Assembly: GCF_009914755.1 (NCBI RefSeq)
Contig: NC_060929.1
Strand: one strand, 5' to 3'
DNA from: the human T2T-CHM13v2.0 reference genome, Homo sapiens
Length of the DNA stretch: 64,000 nucleotides
Positions 42,259 through 57,411 of the stretch are shown one piece after another; the stretch's first letter is position 1, and the number at the start of each line of letters is the position of its first letter. The notes beneath the pieces are model-generated. The model was not told the DNA's origin. It ran no database searches and saw only the letters and a list, made by a program, of their open reading frames with translations. The position numbers and the translations under genes were made by a program.

Positions 42259-42360
42259 GCTCATGATCGTTCAGAAAGTGGAGAATTGGCATTTATTAAA
42301 CAACTAGTTCGAAAGATCCTAATTGTTATTGCCCGCCCTGCTCGGTTATTAGAGTGCCTG
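42259..42360 (+). CDS. MAST4: MAST4 coding exon, 102 nt, phase 0-0: [34 protein letters not shown]
   Basis: gctttttcatag|GCT...CTG|gtaagt; conserved [11 protein letters not shown]. Confidence 0.97.
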
Positions 42361-42886
42361 GTAAGTTGCCCCTTGATGTGACTACATTATTTATTGTTAA
42401 CTGGGAAAGCAGTTACCATCAGAAAGCTCCTTCATTTGGTTTCCAGCACCAGAGCTAAATGGAAAGAGTCAAAGGGAATTACAACTTGTGAACGTTTATG
42501 ATGATGTCGATATGTGACTTGTCCTTTCTGATTTTAAAGAGACTTCTAGGACTTTTGCTCTATTAAGTGATGGTCATACCATATTCTAGTCAAACTTGAA
42601 ATATAATCATAAAATAATGTACTTGACCTTATCTCAGCATAATTACTTTATGTCACAGCTAGTTTAAAACCCTGGCTGTACCACACTTTTTTGGAATTGC
42701 CAAGATGCAGAGAAGAAATAGAGATAAATGCAGAGATAAATAGTGACCTGTGATTTATAATTATTGTTTGTTTTAAAATGTGGCAAGTTAGAAAATAAGA
42801 TGCTAACCATCCCATTTGGGAAAATACAGTAGAGCCTCATGCAGACCTGAAGGAATGAGACTTTTATAGATGATTAGTTCATGTTA

Positions 42887-43240
<354 letters not shown>

Positions 43241-44408
43241 CTATTTAAAAGTTTTTGTTTTATGAAATTTTGATTTGAGGTTTCAGTTAAAACTGTGAAC
43301 AAATATTTGTCTGTGAACATTATAATTATTTTAAGGATCTAGTAATATAGCATCAAAACTCACTTTAAAGTTCCACTGGTTATTAAAGTAATTATAACAT
43401 CACATACAATACAGCTTTTCAGAAATACACACATACATACATACATAATACATACATGGTTGCAGTGCTTTGGTCTTGCCCTTATTTTAACTACCATCCA
43501 TAATAATTTATAATAGTGAAATATTCGCAGCACCATAAATACGTACTAGTGCCTTGTAAGACATAGAGGGAAAATCTTGAGGAGAAAGGTAGGGAGTTGG
43601 GAGGTGTAGGGAAGGGCTTTCTATCAATGGTGAGGACCCTTAGAATCATAGAATCAAACACACCATTTGGCATTGAGTGTCTCTGGAAGGCTAAAAGGAA
43701 AAAAAAATCTTGGATGCCTCAGAGAGAACTGGGTGACTGATAAATCCAGGTAGAATGGTTAGTTAACTTTTTACTGCCTCTCCTGTTGTAGCTTTTGAAT
43801 TATGGACCACATGTTTGTACTTCCCACAATTGTTTAATTTAGGGGAAAGTGTCATTTAGCATTAAAACCTGTTTTTCTGGACAACAGCAGATATACTAAG
43901 AGCAGATCTTGCTTTAAAGGAGGAAATTAACTTTTTACAGTAATCACTCATAATCGGAGGAGAAAAAGTATAGCTTCTCAAAGATAGAAACAAGTGAACT
44001 TACAAGTAGCTTGGAAATATTGCTGCTTTCAAAGTACTCTTTAAAGCTTAGATGAAACTGGAGTTTCATAGTATTAGGGGATGCTTCCCCCAACCTATCA
44101 CCTTATCCTTACAGTACCCAGGCTTGCTCTGTCAGTCATTGTAGTAGGTATGTTTGTAAAGGCTCTGAGTATTTACATTGGTTTGACTTTACTCCACTTG
44201 CAGCAAGTTTTTTTTTTTTTCTTTCTATATGGCCTTTAAAAACTCCTGAGTAATTCTCAGGTGAAATGCTGAGATTCCAAAGTTGCCTATTTTGGGCATT
44301 AACCAAAATGGGAAATATCCAGGAAATATATCTGAAATTAATAACTGGGCTTTAAGTCAATAAGCATAATTGTTTACAACACATAAATCCATGGCATCCC
44401 TTTGGGCA

Positions 44409-45543
<1,135 letters not shown>

Positions 45544-46248
45544 CTAGAGTGTGGTGATCCTGAAGATTTTTATTACACACTAGACGCAAGAGGCAGCCAC
45601 ATACACACAAAAAATTAAATAGATAGGAAAAATATATTCCCAAAGTTTTATAGGAGACAGAGGCTTTAATTTCCTATTTTTCTTTCTTGTTCTTTACTTT
45701 ATGTGAATAGTAGTAACTTAATATTATAGTTAACTAATAAAAAATGGTAACGTTGAAGTTTTTCTTTCTAATGTTTTTGGATACGTCTATATTAAGAGAG
45801 TCTCCTGCAACATTTTTGAGTAAATATATTCTAACATTCCTTTTGTTGCTGGTTGAGTGGAGAGAGAAATTGAATCTCAAATCTTCTGGATGGAAATTCC
45901 CAGATTTTACAACTTTGCTAGAAAGGCACAATTAAAAATCAGATCTGTTCATTGCCGACGAGCGAGATCTTAAGTGGAGCATAGTACCTTCGTAGTTACA
46001 TTACAAGCAAATTGGAAATGATCATTATCTTTGGGTTACCATGTGCATAAATGTGTTGGCTTAGAATATGAATAGGCTTCAAATATGAAGTGAGAATTAC
46101 ATACTTTTTAAAGCCATTTGCCTCCTTTCTGCATAAGTAACTTACAGCCATGTATACCCAGCAGTTATATTGTGAATGGGATTTATGTAATAAAACCTCA
46201 GACAATTTTGGCTCAAAGAAGTATCCATCTGTGATTGTCTTCGGCTAG

Positions 46249-46381
46249 GAATTTGATCCGGAAGAATTTTACTACCTATTGGAAGCAGCAGAAGGCCATG
46301 CCAAAGAAGGACAGGGTATTAAAACCGACATTCCCAGGTACATCATTAGCCAACTGGGACTCAATAAGGATCCCTTGGAAG
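46249..46381 (+). CDS. MAST4: MAST4 coding exon, 133 nt: [44 protein letters not shown](E), end of DUF1908
   Basis: tcggctag|GAA...GAAG|gtgagt; conserved [20 protein letters not shown]. Confidence 0.97.
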
Positions 46382-46927
46382 GTGAGTCCCTGGGTTGTTC
46401 CTACCTTTGACTTTGCTTATGCACTGTCGCCTCATAGAAGAAATCTAAGTGGCAAGTCTTTATTTTTCCTCATGTTTTGGCTCTATCTATTGATAAGTCC
46501 ATATTTGGGGACTGGTTGCTATTTGAAGGAAATAGCCATAAAATGGGTCCTGAGACACGAATGAGCATGACCCATTTTGTGTCTACCTAGAGCGTGGGTC
46601 AGGCCTTGACATCCTAGAAGCATGTCAGCCTGAGAATGCCAGAGTGTCCCAGAAGGGTTGCAATTTCAGTCTTCACTGAGTAGTTTTTCTCTTGCAGAGC
46701 TCAGTTGGGCTCTTGAGAGTACTTCTAATTTTTAAAATGTTGCTAAAGAAATTATCATTAATTAAACTGACATTTAAATTTAATTTGGAAGTAATGCAAT
46801 TGATGGTAGATTACTTTAAATTGAGTACAGTATTCATAGGTATATTCTTGTTTACTTAAAATATAAAACATAGTAATATACAGGAGAGAAAAAAGAAATT
46901 TTTTTTAAGCTTATAAAAGGATTTATG

Positions 46928-47237
<310 letters not shown>

Positions 47238-48345
47238 TTATTCACATTTTAAAATAATATTATCAAATTAAATACAGAGAATAGGAAGCATCTTGTCAGT
47301 GAACTTTTAAAAATCTGATATTGGTAAACCACTCCCCCTACAACCTGTTCCTGTTCATGATTGTTTAGGATTATTATTTATAACATTTAGGTTATATACT
47401 CCCCAAAAAGACTCAAAAACTATCCTTGACTCCTTCATTCAAAATTGTCTTCTCGGTTCATTAAATTGTATTTGCAAACAGTGTTTATCTTGTTAAATTG
47501 TTTGTAATGGTGGTAAATGTTGGCACAGAGATTTTCCCATCTGAAGCCAGGGAACCTGCTGCTCTCTGCCCTGCTCTCCTGTTTCCCGGCTTTGTTTGCT
47601 CCTATGGCCATCGTATCTTTGCTTCCAGTGAAATGATGCATGCATTACTGTGAGATAATGCCAGATAAATTTATACTGTACTGAAAGCAGTTCCACAACA
47701 GATTCATCACTTATCAGAGACTGGTGGCTGCTTTTCTGAAAAGTTCCCTGGGGAGAGATTTTTCCCCATGGCTTTTAAATTACCATCTTTACCTTTTTGA
47801 ATCATGAGTCTTCAGAAATGGTTTAAATCAGTGAAATAAAAAGGGCAGATGTTTAATGGTATTTAGATGAGTTTTAAAAATCACTTCAGGCATTACAAAA
47901 TGATGCCTTAGCTTCCTGCTTCAAAAGCTGACTCTTGGTTCCATTCCATTACTACCCACTGCTTACAAATAATATGTATTTTTCAGATAATAGTTGTTTA
48001 GCAGAAATTCTATTTAAAACAGAACCATCTTTTAATTTGTTTTTTTTTTTATGAAAATAGTTGGAATGGGGGAGGCTGTCAAAGTAGATTATAGCGACTC
48101 TTCACGCTGGTATAGTTAAGATTGCGTCAGCTCTTGAATTGTGGACCCAGTGAGTTCTTTAGTTTTCTTACCTGGCAATCACTGTAGGCTGAACTTTGGT
48201 AGGGGAATAATCTGAGGCCCATGTATAAACTAGCTTTCTAGAGGCTCTGAAGAAAACATGAACAGTGATCTTTGACAAGTTTGGAGTTTAATCACTGGGA
48301 GTTGTGTTTTTAACTCTTGACAATTTAAGATCTAAGGCTAGTTTT

Positions 48346-48668
<323 letters not shown>

Positions 48669-48727
48669 TGAGGCTAGTTTTTAATCTATTTGTTAACATT
48701 TGAAATATGACTTCTCCAGGTAATTTA

Positions 48728-49037
<310 letters not shown>

Positions 49038-49079
49038 TCAGCGTCTAAACTAACATACCTTAGACTTGTCCTTTGAAGG

Positions 49080-49290
49080 TTAGGAATTGGGAGTTCTGGA
49101 GCTGGGCTGCCAGGTTGTCACCCTAAGCCAGCACTGCATGCTGTGTGAACCTTGACCATCCAAATTGACGCACCTCTTTGTGCCTCAGTTACTTCCATAA
49201 AAATGAGATAATAATAGTATCTATTTATAGAATTGTTTTGAGGATTCTATGTTTATCTTTGTAATTGCTTAACATAGTGTTTAACAGATG
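49080..49290 (+). mobile_element. MIR
   Basis: ctgtgtgaaccttg...cctctttgtgcctcagtt...aaaatgagataataatagta. Confidence 0.75.
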
Positions 49291-50129
49291 TTAGCTGCTG
49301 TTGCTGTTTTATTTAAATACTACTAATTTTTGCCCCTTTCCTTGAGATCCCTTCCAACTAGATGCATTTTAGTTCACCTCCAAGTCCATAAATCTAAGAT
49401 GCTAGTCATATTGGATATTGACATCATTTGAATGAGACGAAGAAAGGACATAGTTTGTGCTAAGCTCCTTTTTATTCTGGAATTTCCCCTATAGGTAAAC
49501 TGAGAAAGTTATTGGCAATGTCGTTATTCCAGAATCTAGAATTTATACATTTTTATCTAAAGGTAGTAATCCAGTGTTGTTTTGCTTCATATCTCTTAGG
49601 CATAATGTCTGCCCAGAAGGGATTATCACATTTATAAGAACATGAATACATAAAATAAGAAACTAAGAAATAATTTTTTAATTATTTAATTTTAAATAAA
49701 ATTAAGTTTTTTAAAATTGAAAATTTTAAATATATTTAGATGCACACAAAAATATGTAACTAAAAACTATGACTTTTATTATGCATGTTCAATTTTGAAA
49801 AATTGGAAAGTACAAGTAAAAGAAGAAAATATTAATTATCTGTGATCCTATCACTCAGATAAGACCTATCATAGATTTAGAGAAAATTATTTCATGTTTT
49901 TTAAATAAAACATGATTTTTTTAAAGTATAAAAAAGAAAATGAACAATAAAAGAATTTGATTGTCTCATCTACTTCTATAAATTCAAGGATGCCTTCCAA
50001 TGTGAATTGATCAATTTAGACACCTTTGTCTCTTTTAACTAAATAGTCAGGGTAGTACTTAAAGCTGGTGTCAAGCATGTGAGCATGTGATATCCAATCC
50101 AAGACTGATTATACAATATGATTAATAAT

Positions 50130-50345
50130 AAATAATCAACATTTAATGAGCACTTAATTTTTGTTAGTATGCTAAGAGCTTTACATGCATTATCACATAC
50201 AGTACAAAAAACTCTAAGAAATAAGTAAGGTTGTTTACCTTTTACAGGGAAGAGCTTGAAGTTAAAAGGTCAGTCAGTCAGTAAGTGCAGATAGTAGTGG
50301 TAACCTAAGTCTTTTAATCTCCAAATCCCTCTTAACCACCATTAT
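50130..50345 (-). mobile_element. MIR
   Basis: aacatttaatgagcactta...tgctaagagctttacatgcattatc...cttaaccac. Confidence 0.7.
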
Positions 50346-50843
50346 TACTTCCTCTCTGACAAATTACAAATTCTTAATGTCTCTGGCAGGGTATTTCTCA
50401 GTAGATATGAAGGAATGGAACACGAGATATGCACCACAACTTAAGAATCATTCCCTAGTTGTTGTCGGTGCTGCTTTGATGCCCGCCAGAGCCTGGAAAG
50501 ATGTGCCTCTCTCAGATACCTGATTCTAAGCAGAGTTGTTGACCCACCGAAGCCTTTCCAAGCTGTGGTGATTGCATCAGCCAATGAGTTCCTATGCCCA
50601 GCCTCTAAAGTTCCTATGTCTAGGTGTTTGCAAGAAATGGAGTTCTGGGGAGGAGTGTGTAGTGAACAATTTCAAAATACCAATTGCTGCCTTTTTTTAG
50701 ATTTAAGATTTTCCCATGGGCACATTGGAGTATAGAGCAATTTTTTTAATATGGGAGAAACTATTTTTCTTTTGTTTCAGCTTAGTATTCTTATCCAATT
50801 GCAATATTTTTATTAAGCTTAACTTTTTTTTTTTCCAACTTAG

Positions 50844-50911
50844 AAATGGCTCATTTGGGAAACTACGATAGTGGGACAGCAGAAACACCAGAAACAGATG
50901 AATCAGTGAGT
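50844..50911 (+). CDS. MAST4: MAST4 coding exon, 68 nt: (E)MAHLGNYDSGTAETPETDESVS, linker before kinase
   Basis: ttttttccaacttag|AA...GTGAGT|gtaagt; phases 1->0 bridge the neighbouring exons. Confidence 0.92.
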
Positions 50912-50984
50912 GTAAGTATATTTCTTGATGAAATATGATGTTGGTTTTTCTGTTTAGCATCTGGAGACTTTGGCTATGTTAGTT

Positions 50985-52500
50985 TATTTGTTCAACAAAT
51001 GTTTATTGTGCTTCTATGTGAATATATGAATAAGAATATGGATAAGATCTATGAAGAAAAAAGACCATGTGCTACCATTACGTAAAGATATTTGCCATAG
51101 TCTGTCCAGTCCCAGAAGATTTCCCAAGGAAATGGCACTTGAGCTAAATGTAACAGATTACTAGGGTAAGAAGGGGCAAAAGGAACATTCCAGACACAGG
51201 CTACATCAGAGGACTAAGCAAGGGAGACAGCAGAAACTAGAGCACTTGAGTAAAAGCTGGATGCTTAGGTCCCTGTTGTTCATGTTTATCAGGTTTTTTG
51301 TTTTTGTTTTTTAAGAGCAATGGGAAATGACTGAACTTTGGAGGAGGTGTATGGGTATATGAGGGTGGGAGGAGTGGACAGGGAGATAACCCAGTCAGAG
51401 TTATGGCTTGAAAAAAAATCACACTGACTGCAGTGCAGAAAGCAATGGGCTGGGAGGAGGAGGGAAGGGTGACCATGTGGAAGCCAGTTCAGAGGCTCCT
51501 GCCGTGGCACAGGTGAGAGGCCCTGGATGCTGGTGCCATTCTCCTCAATTGTGAACACCAAAAGAGGAACCAGGATGCATCAGAGTAGGGGTTAGGAAAG
51601 CAGGAGCAGTCTGTGTAGCCTGGGGGATAAGAACCCAGGCTCTGGAGTCAGGTTGCCTAGATTTGAAAACACTCTGCTTTCTACCAGCTGGGGGGTGGGG
51701 GAAATTTCTCTGTGCCTCGGTTTCCCTGTTTGTAAAAGATTAAATGAGATTTTTATGTAAAACGGTTGGGACAGTATCACATAGTAAGTGCTAAATAAAT
51801 GATAGCTGTTTTCTTTTATTATCTGACTCATAATTTTGAATGTATTGAGACTAAAGTTCCTTTGAAACATTAAAGAAGATCCATCAAACTGGCAACTGTA
51901 TATAAGGTCTGATATCTTCTGGCACTCAGAGGGAGAGTTTCTGGTGGAGGTGGAAGTGACTTAGGAGTCATCCATGAACATAAATGAGATCACTCGTGTA
52001 GGGAAGAGTTAATGAGATTAGAGAGCCTTGGACAGAGCCTTGCAGCCCAAACCCATGAAAGAGCAGTAATAGTGAGTGAATTACCTTCTGAGGCAGTGCA
52101 AAGTAGATAAGAAAACAAAAAATAAAAAAAGAATAAAATAATTAAAAGAGTAATAGTGAGTGACTAAACAAGTAAGTGGTCCCAGTCTCGAAGTCTGTTT
52201 TCTGTGATGGAGCATTGGCAGGTGATGACTAAATAGATCCAGATCTTAGGGCCAGAGGCCAAAGGGGAGCAGAGGAAACAGATGGTTCAAGTTGAAGAGG
52301 TCAAGTAGCCTGGAGGCCAGTGTTGGGTGGGTTATCTGTGTAGACACTGAAGTCACCCTGGATGATGAGAGAGCTCTTGGGCAAAGAGGAAGGTGGGTAG
52401 CCAAGTTTTTCAAAGATGAGTGGGATGACAGGGTCAGTGATGACAGCCCTGAGTTGAGGATGATGGTGCCCACACAGGGTTTCTTCCAAAACAATAGGAA
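50985..52500 (-). mobile_element. L2 remnants interrupted by a + strand MIR (~51610-51810)
   Basis: atttgttcaacaaatgtttattg (L2 3' end, reverse); ggctctggagtcag...ctgtgcctcggtttcc (MIR). Confidence 0.65.
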
Positions 52501-53178
52501 GGGAATTCTGGACTCTTGCAGAGGGGAGCAAAGAGCTGGTAACTCCCTCTCCATGCTAAGATAAATGGGGCATGAGAGAATTTTTTTAAAGCATTTTTTT
52601 CTATTCCCATCCTTTGAGCTAAACTTTTTAAAGAGCTGTCTTTTTGAAACTTGTTTTGTAAGCCATGTTAGATTTCTGGCATGGAAGTAAAGAAAGGCAG
52701 GCATTCTGTACTTGGGTGTTGCATGTGTTGCCTACTGCTTTTCTGAGCAATGAAGATTGCCACAGGAATGAAAGAGACATGCTCTGTCAGGGATAGAGCC
52801 CCATGTAGAGCCACTCCGGCCCATTCTTTTTTGGCTGACAGAAACCAAAAGGAAAGCTTGGCATTTTGGAGTTAAATTCCAAAATGTTAAAAGACTAGGA
52901 CAAGGCCAACCTGAGTAGTTTACAAAAGGAAATTAATATCAGGAATTGTCCTTGATTGCCTGGAAGTGTGGATTCGCTTAAGTGACAGTGTCACAAGGAG
53001 TTTGTCAGCATTGCTGTGGATGATGGCTCTGTAAAGCTATCCCTCAGGTTCCTGTGGCTGGAATACTGTACTTCAACATATTACATAACAGCATGTCCTT
53101 CAAATATTATCTATTTTGCTGATAAAATAATTTTCTTAAATCTAAACTACTTTTTAACTTCCATATTTTGTTTCCAAG

Positions 53179-53264
53179 AGCTCTAATGCCTCCCTGAAAC
53201 TTCGAAGGAAACCTCGGGAAAGTGATTTTGAAACGATTAAATTGATTAGCAATGGAGCCTATGG
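53179..53264 (+). CDS. MAST4: MAST4 coding exon, 86 nt: SSNASLKLRRKPRESDFETIKLISNGAY(G), kinase start
   Basis: tttgtttccaag|AGC...TATGG|gtgagt; kinase subdomain I DFETIKLISNGAYG. Confidence 0.95.
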
Positions 53265-53738
53265 GTGAGTAATTCAAGAAAAGCTCTCTATTGTATTTCT
53301 ACACACTCAAGTGATATATTTATTCTTAACATTTATCTAAGGCCAAATAGAAGCTGTATAGGGACTTGACTTTTCAGATCACTGCTCCTTTCCTGAGGCT
53401 TGTACTGTGCAGCCAAAATCACTTCTTACTGGACACCTCATCAGAAAACATGCCAAGTGACCAAGGAGTTACTTTAGAGGGTTGGAGAGAAAGATTTTCA
53501 AGGAAAAATTTTATTTACCCTTGTTTCTGCCTCCTTCATTTTTGCCCTTTTGGGTTAAAAGAAATACCTGACTCTTGATTGAAATATATATGTATATATT
53601 AAATACTATCATATATAATCATATATTTATAATTTTCTATATAGTATTACTACATGAAAATTAGCCTGTATTTCATGTGTGACCAGCAGACAACCTTAAG
53701 ATAAATGTCTTTAAATAAGTCTGGTTGAAGATTTAGAG

Positions 53739-53961
53739 CAGGAGTGTCCAGTCGTTTGTCTTCCCTGGGCCACACTGGGAGAAGAACTGTCTCGGGCCAC
53801 ACATAAAATACATTAACACGAACAACAGCTGATGACCTGAAAAAAAAAAAAATCACAAAAAACTCATAATATTTTCAGCAAGTTTACAAATTTGTGTTGG
53901 TCTGCATTCAAAGCCATCCTGGGTTGCATGCAGCTCACAGGCTGCGGGTTGGATAAGTGTG
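53739..53961 (+). mobile_element. MER30 hAT MITE with 8-bp TSD ATTTAGAG
   Basis: cagg.gtgtcca...cttccctgggccaca...gggttggataag; ATTTAGAG at 53731-53738 and 53962-53969. Confidence 0.92.
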
Positions 53962-54007
53962 ATTTAGAGCAATATATGTGTTTTGGTCTTTATTACACCA
54001 GGATTTT

Positions 54008-54121
54008 GTTTTTGTTTTTTTAAAAATTTAATTTTTTTTTTTTGAGACTAGGTCTTGCCCTGTCCCTCAGGCTGGAGTGCAGTGGTGCAATCATAGCTCA
54101 CTCACTGCAGCCTTTAACTCC
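54008..54121 (-). mobile_element. Heavily 5'-truncated Alu (J-like) with 14-bp TSD TACACCAGGATTTT
   Basis: TSD at 53994-54007 and 54122-54135; ggctggagtgcagtggtgcaatcatagctcac. Confidence 0.9.
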
Positions 54122-55589
54122 TACACCAGGATTTTCAAAATTGAACTGTATCCTAAATAATCTAATGATATTAATGGTGTTCCTTCCTTGATCCCTTTTT
54201 GTAGACACATAATTTTCTCCTTGTGGCAGTAAACAGTGACAAGATTCTTCTGAGTTACTAATAGTTTAGAAGGGTAATTAATGCACAAACTATGACCTGA
54301 TCCATTTTCGACAGCCCAAGAATTCTAGTTTAATTAAATATTAATCCCAATTCTATTTGTATATAAAGAGCAATAAACAATCTCATTCACATTTATTGCC
54401 ATTTATCACACATGAGCAGATGAAACAAAAGAAGTTTTTGTTGTGCCACAAGGGATGTTTCTGTTACCATTTTTTCACCTTGAATATTTTCCACACCATT
54501 AACTTAAGAACTTAAATATTTGTGAGTCCCTTCTATGCTTCACTGATTTGTTTTCAGGATATGTCAAATGCCATATTTCCTATTGTGGCTTATAAATGCT
54601 TTCTGATGTTGTATTTTTGCAATATTTTATTTTTCAAGGACCTCATTGAAACTTTTCTACCTAGGAAGATGGTTCTAGCATGCAATTGTTTGTGGTTTCT
54701 ACTTGCTTATCGTTTGTTTTTTAGTTCTTTACACTTTTGGAAATGACCTGAAGATTTCTTTCTTCATTAGGGAGAAGATTAAACTTTGATTTAATGGGTG
54801 TATGGGTTTGAGCACTGCTAGTTTTTATTAGCAGTGGAATTCTGGAATAAGATTATCTGTGAAGCACGACTTTTAAAAATTTGGGCATATATCTTAGCAG
54901 TATTTGGAGTTCTAACTGGTTGAGTAAACTCATTTGTAGTGCAATTAAACCACTGTATAGTAGATGAGGTATATCACACTTTGGGGAATAGTTGGGAATA
55001 TACAAGAAGTTAAACAAGCTGTGAATCAGTAAACACCCAGGATGCAGGCCAAGTCATTAATGGACTCACAAGCTGCCTGTGGGAGTCTCTGCTGATCAGC
55101 CAAAACTCTTTTTTTCTTTTTCTCTTCTCAGATTTAATCTCTCATTATATTTCTGATAGATTTTCTCAACGTTTTAATAATCTTTAATTTGAAATTTGAA
55201 TAGAACCACCCCCATTGGTTCACCCAGTCAGTGAGGCTGACTGCCGGCTTATGGGAACTGGCTGAACAAATGTATCCCGCCACGGGTGGCTGAACTGGCC
55301 CTTCTAGAAGCTTTCTTAGGTATCCATGTACAGGGTCTACCACTCACATCAGTGGCTCAGAGAGACACCAATTCCATGACTCCTCAAAAACTGGTGGAGC
55401 TGGGAACTAACCCTGTCATTAGGAAGGGCTTCTATCTGTAGTGCTAAAACACACATGGCTTTCTCAGCATCATACTTGGTGAAAATTCATGTTATAAAGC
55501 CAATTTGGTAAACATCTGATTCCTTCTCTGTTTAACACACTTCTGATCCCTGACTGGAAGTTAAACGTGTCTTTTTGCCAACTTAGTGC

Positions 55590-55750
55590 TTTATAGAAAG
55601 CTGGTGCTATGTGCCTGGCACTGTGCTGGTTTCTTTATATATATTCTCTTCTCACAAGAGCCCTTGTATGGTAGTTGATATTATTTCCACTCACATGTAG
55701 GGAAGGAGAGGCCCAGAGACAGAGTCACGGATACCCTGATTCTAAGTGGA
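55590..55750 (-). mobile_element. MIR
   Basis: ctatgtgcctggcactgtgct...gaggcccagaga. Confidence 0.65.
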
Positions 55751-57411
55751 GCTCTCTTCTCTCTATAAGGTATCCATTTGTTAAAATGTTTAGCCATCCT
55801 AATTGGAGTTGTAGAGGTCCTACCTCTTCCAGTGAACACTTCCACCAGGATCTTTAAGTCATAACTTCAAATGTTTTCAAAGTAAAAGAATAAAATTGAC
55901 TTAAAATTTTTAAAAGTAAAAAACTAATTTTGAAAGGCGCACCATTTCTCCCCCACTTTGCCTTTCCTTCTAATCTTGATGCACATGATTCTCTTTTACC
56001 TGTGAAGGGGCCCAGGACATGTGCCAAAGAGGCGCATGTGTGCAAGTGGCATACGCCCTGTCTCCCACATGCTATCCCTGTAGTCTTTCTCTCAACTTTC
56101 CTCTGGCACACACACACCCTCCTTCCCACATGGAGATTTGCTAGCACGGAGTCACGTATTGGGCTCTCAGAATCTTGCATAATTTTATACACGCTAGACA
56201 TTCATGCTCGCTATAGGGCTGATTCATTCTGCTCTAGATCCTGTCAGCTTCTAGTTCCACTTCTCCCCACCCTCCCACACCTCAGTTCTGCATGGTTGGG
56301 GAGAAGCTTGGCTCAGAGAGAATTAGGGTCTTTGGTTACGTCTTCCCTGCCCCTCCACCTTCTACCCTTGGGTTTTCCTGTTTCACAGGGAGGTCAGTGT
56401 AGGAAGAGAGGCAGAAGCAGCCTCTTCAAAGAAAGCACAACCTCTGGGACCAAAAAGCAGAGAAGAAATGTGGAGCCATATCAGTTCAGTACAACTTCTA
56501 ACACTGGGAGGTTTACAGTCCACTTAACAGTGTTACATGTCTGGCTGTCGGTGGCTGTCAGAGCTCTTCTTGTTTCTCTCTGTCTCTCTCTCTCTCTGTG
56601 CTAACTTTAAGCACATTTGGAACATCAACTTAAAAGAGAAAAGGTGTATGTGAGAGACAACAATTATTACTAAATAAACAAATTTCAACATGACGAGTAA
56701 TATGCCCAAAGCAATACAGAAATGTAAAAACCCAAGAACAGAAAACAACAACAAAAAAAATCCACCCACAACTACTTCTAATTAGGAAGCCTGTTTGACC
56801 TTTGTGACTTGATCAAGATATGCATGTCCTGAGGCAGCGATATCTCAAGCTACTTATAGGATTCTTTTAAATTGGTTTAGGTCGGTTTTCCCAAGGATTA
56901 ACTGATTATTGTAAGTACATCATAGCAAGGGAAAGCAGAAAGTCAAACAAAGTTTTATGAACTGAAAATCTGAGAATAAAGACTAAAGCCGTTTTTTATA
57001 TAGTGCCACAGAGAGACCCAGTGAGGATGCTGGTCATATTGGGCCGGAGGCATCTTTGTCTTTTATTCTTTCATAAAATCATGGGTAAGTCCATTCTTCT
57101 TCCTTCACTTCCTATTCTCAAACATATTGCAGAGCAGTTATTTATGTAAGAAATGGTGATTCTTGATTGAAAATCAGAATGGCCACCTTGTGATCATCTG
57201 TGAAATTCATAATATACGTCCAAGGCTCCTCAGCACTAAACTTACTAAAAAACAACTATTGAAGGAAGAGATGGTAAGCAGTATGCCAATTTACTCTCTA
57301 TAATAGGCAAGCTATAAAAGAAAGATACTGGTTTCTCCCTGTCAGTATTTTAAATTCTAACTTTCATTTTAAAATATATATTTCCTGTTTGAAAACACCC
57401 TTTTTTGGTTC

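Noticed and set aside
55930-56604. 224-aa ORF as an independent gene
   Set aside because: Starts at a non-ATG codon, has no recognisable domain, ends in a CT repeat and lies in an intron; likely chance
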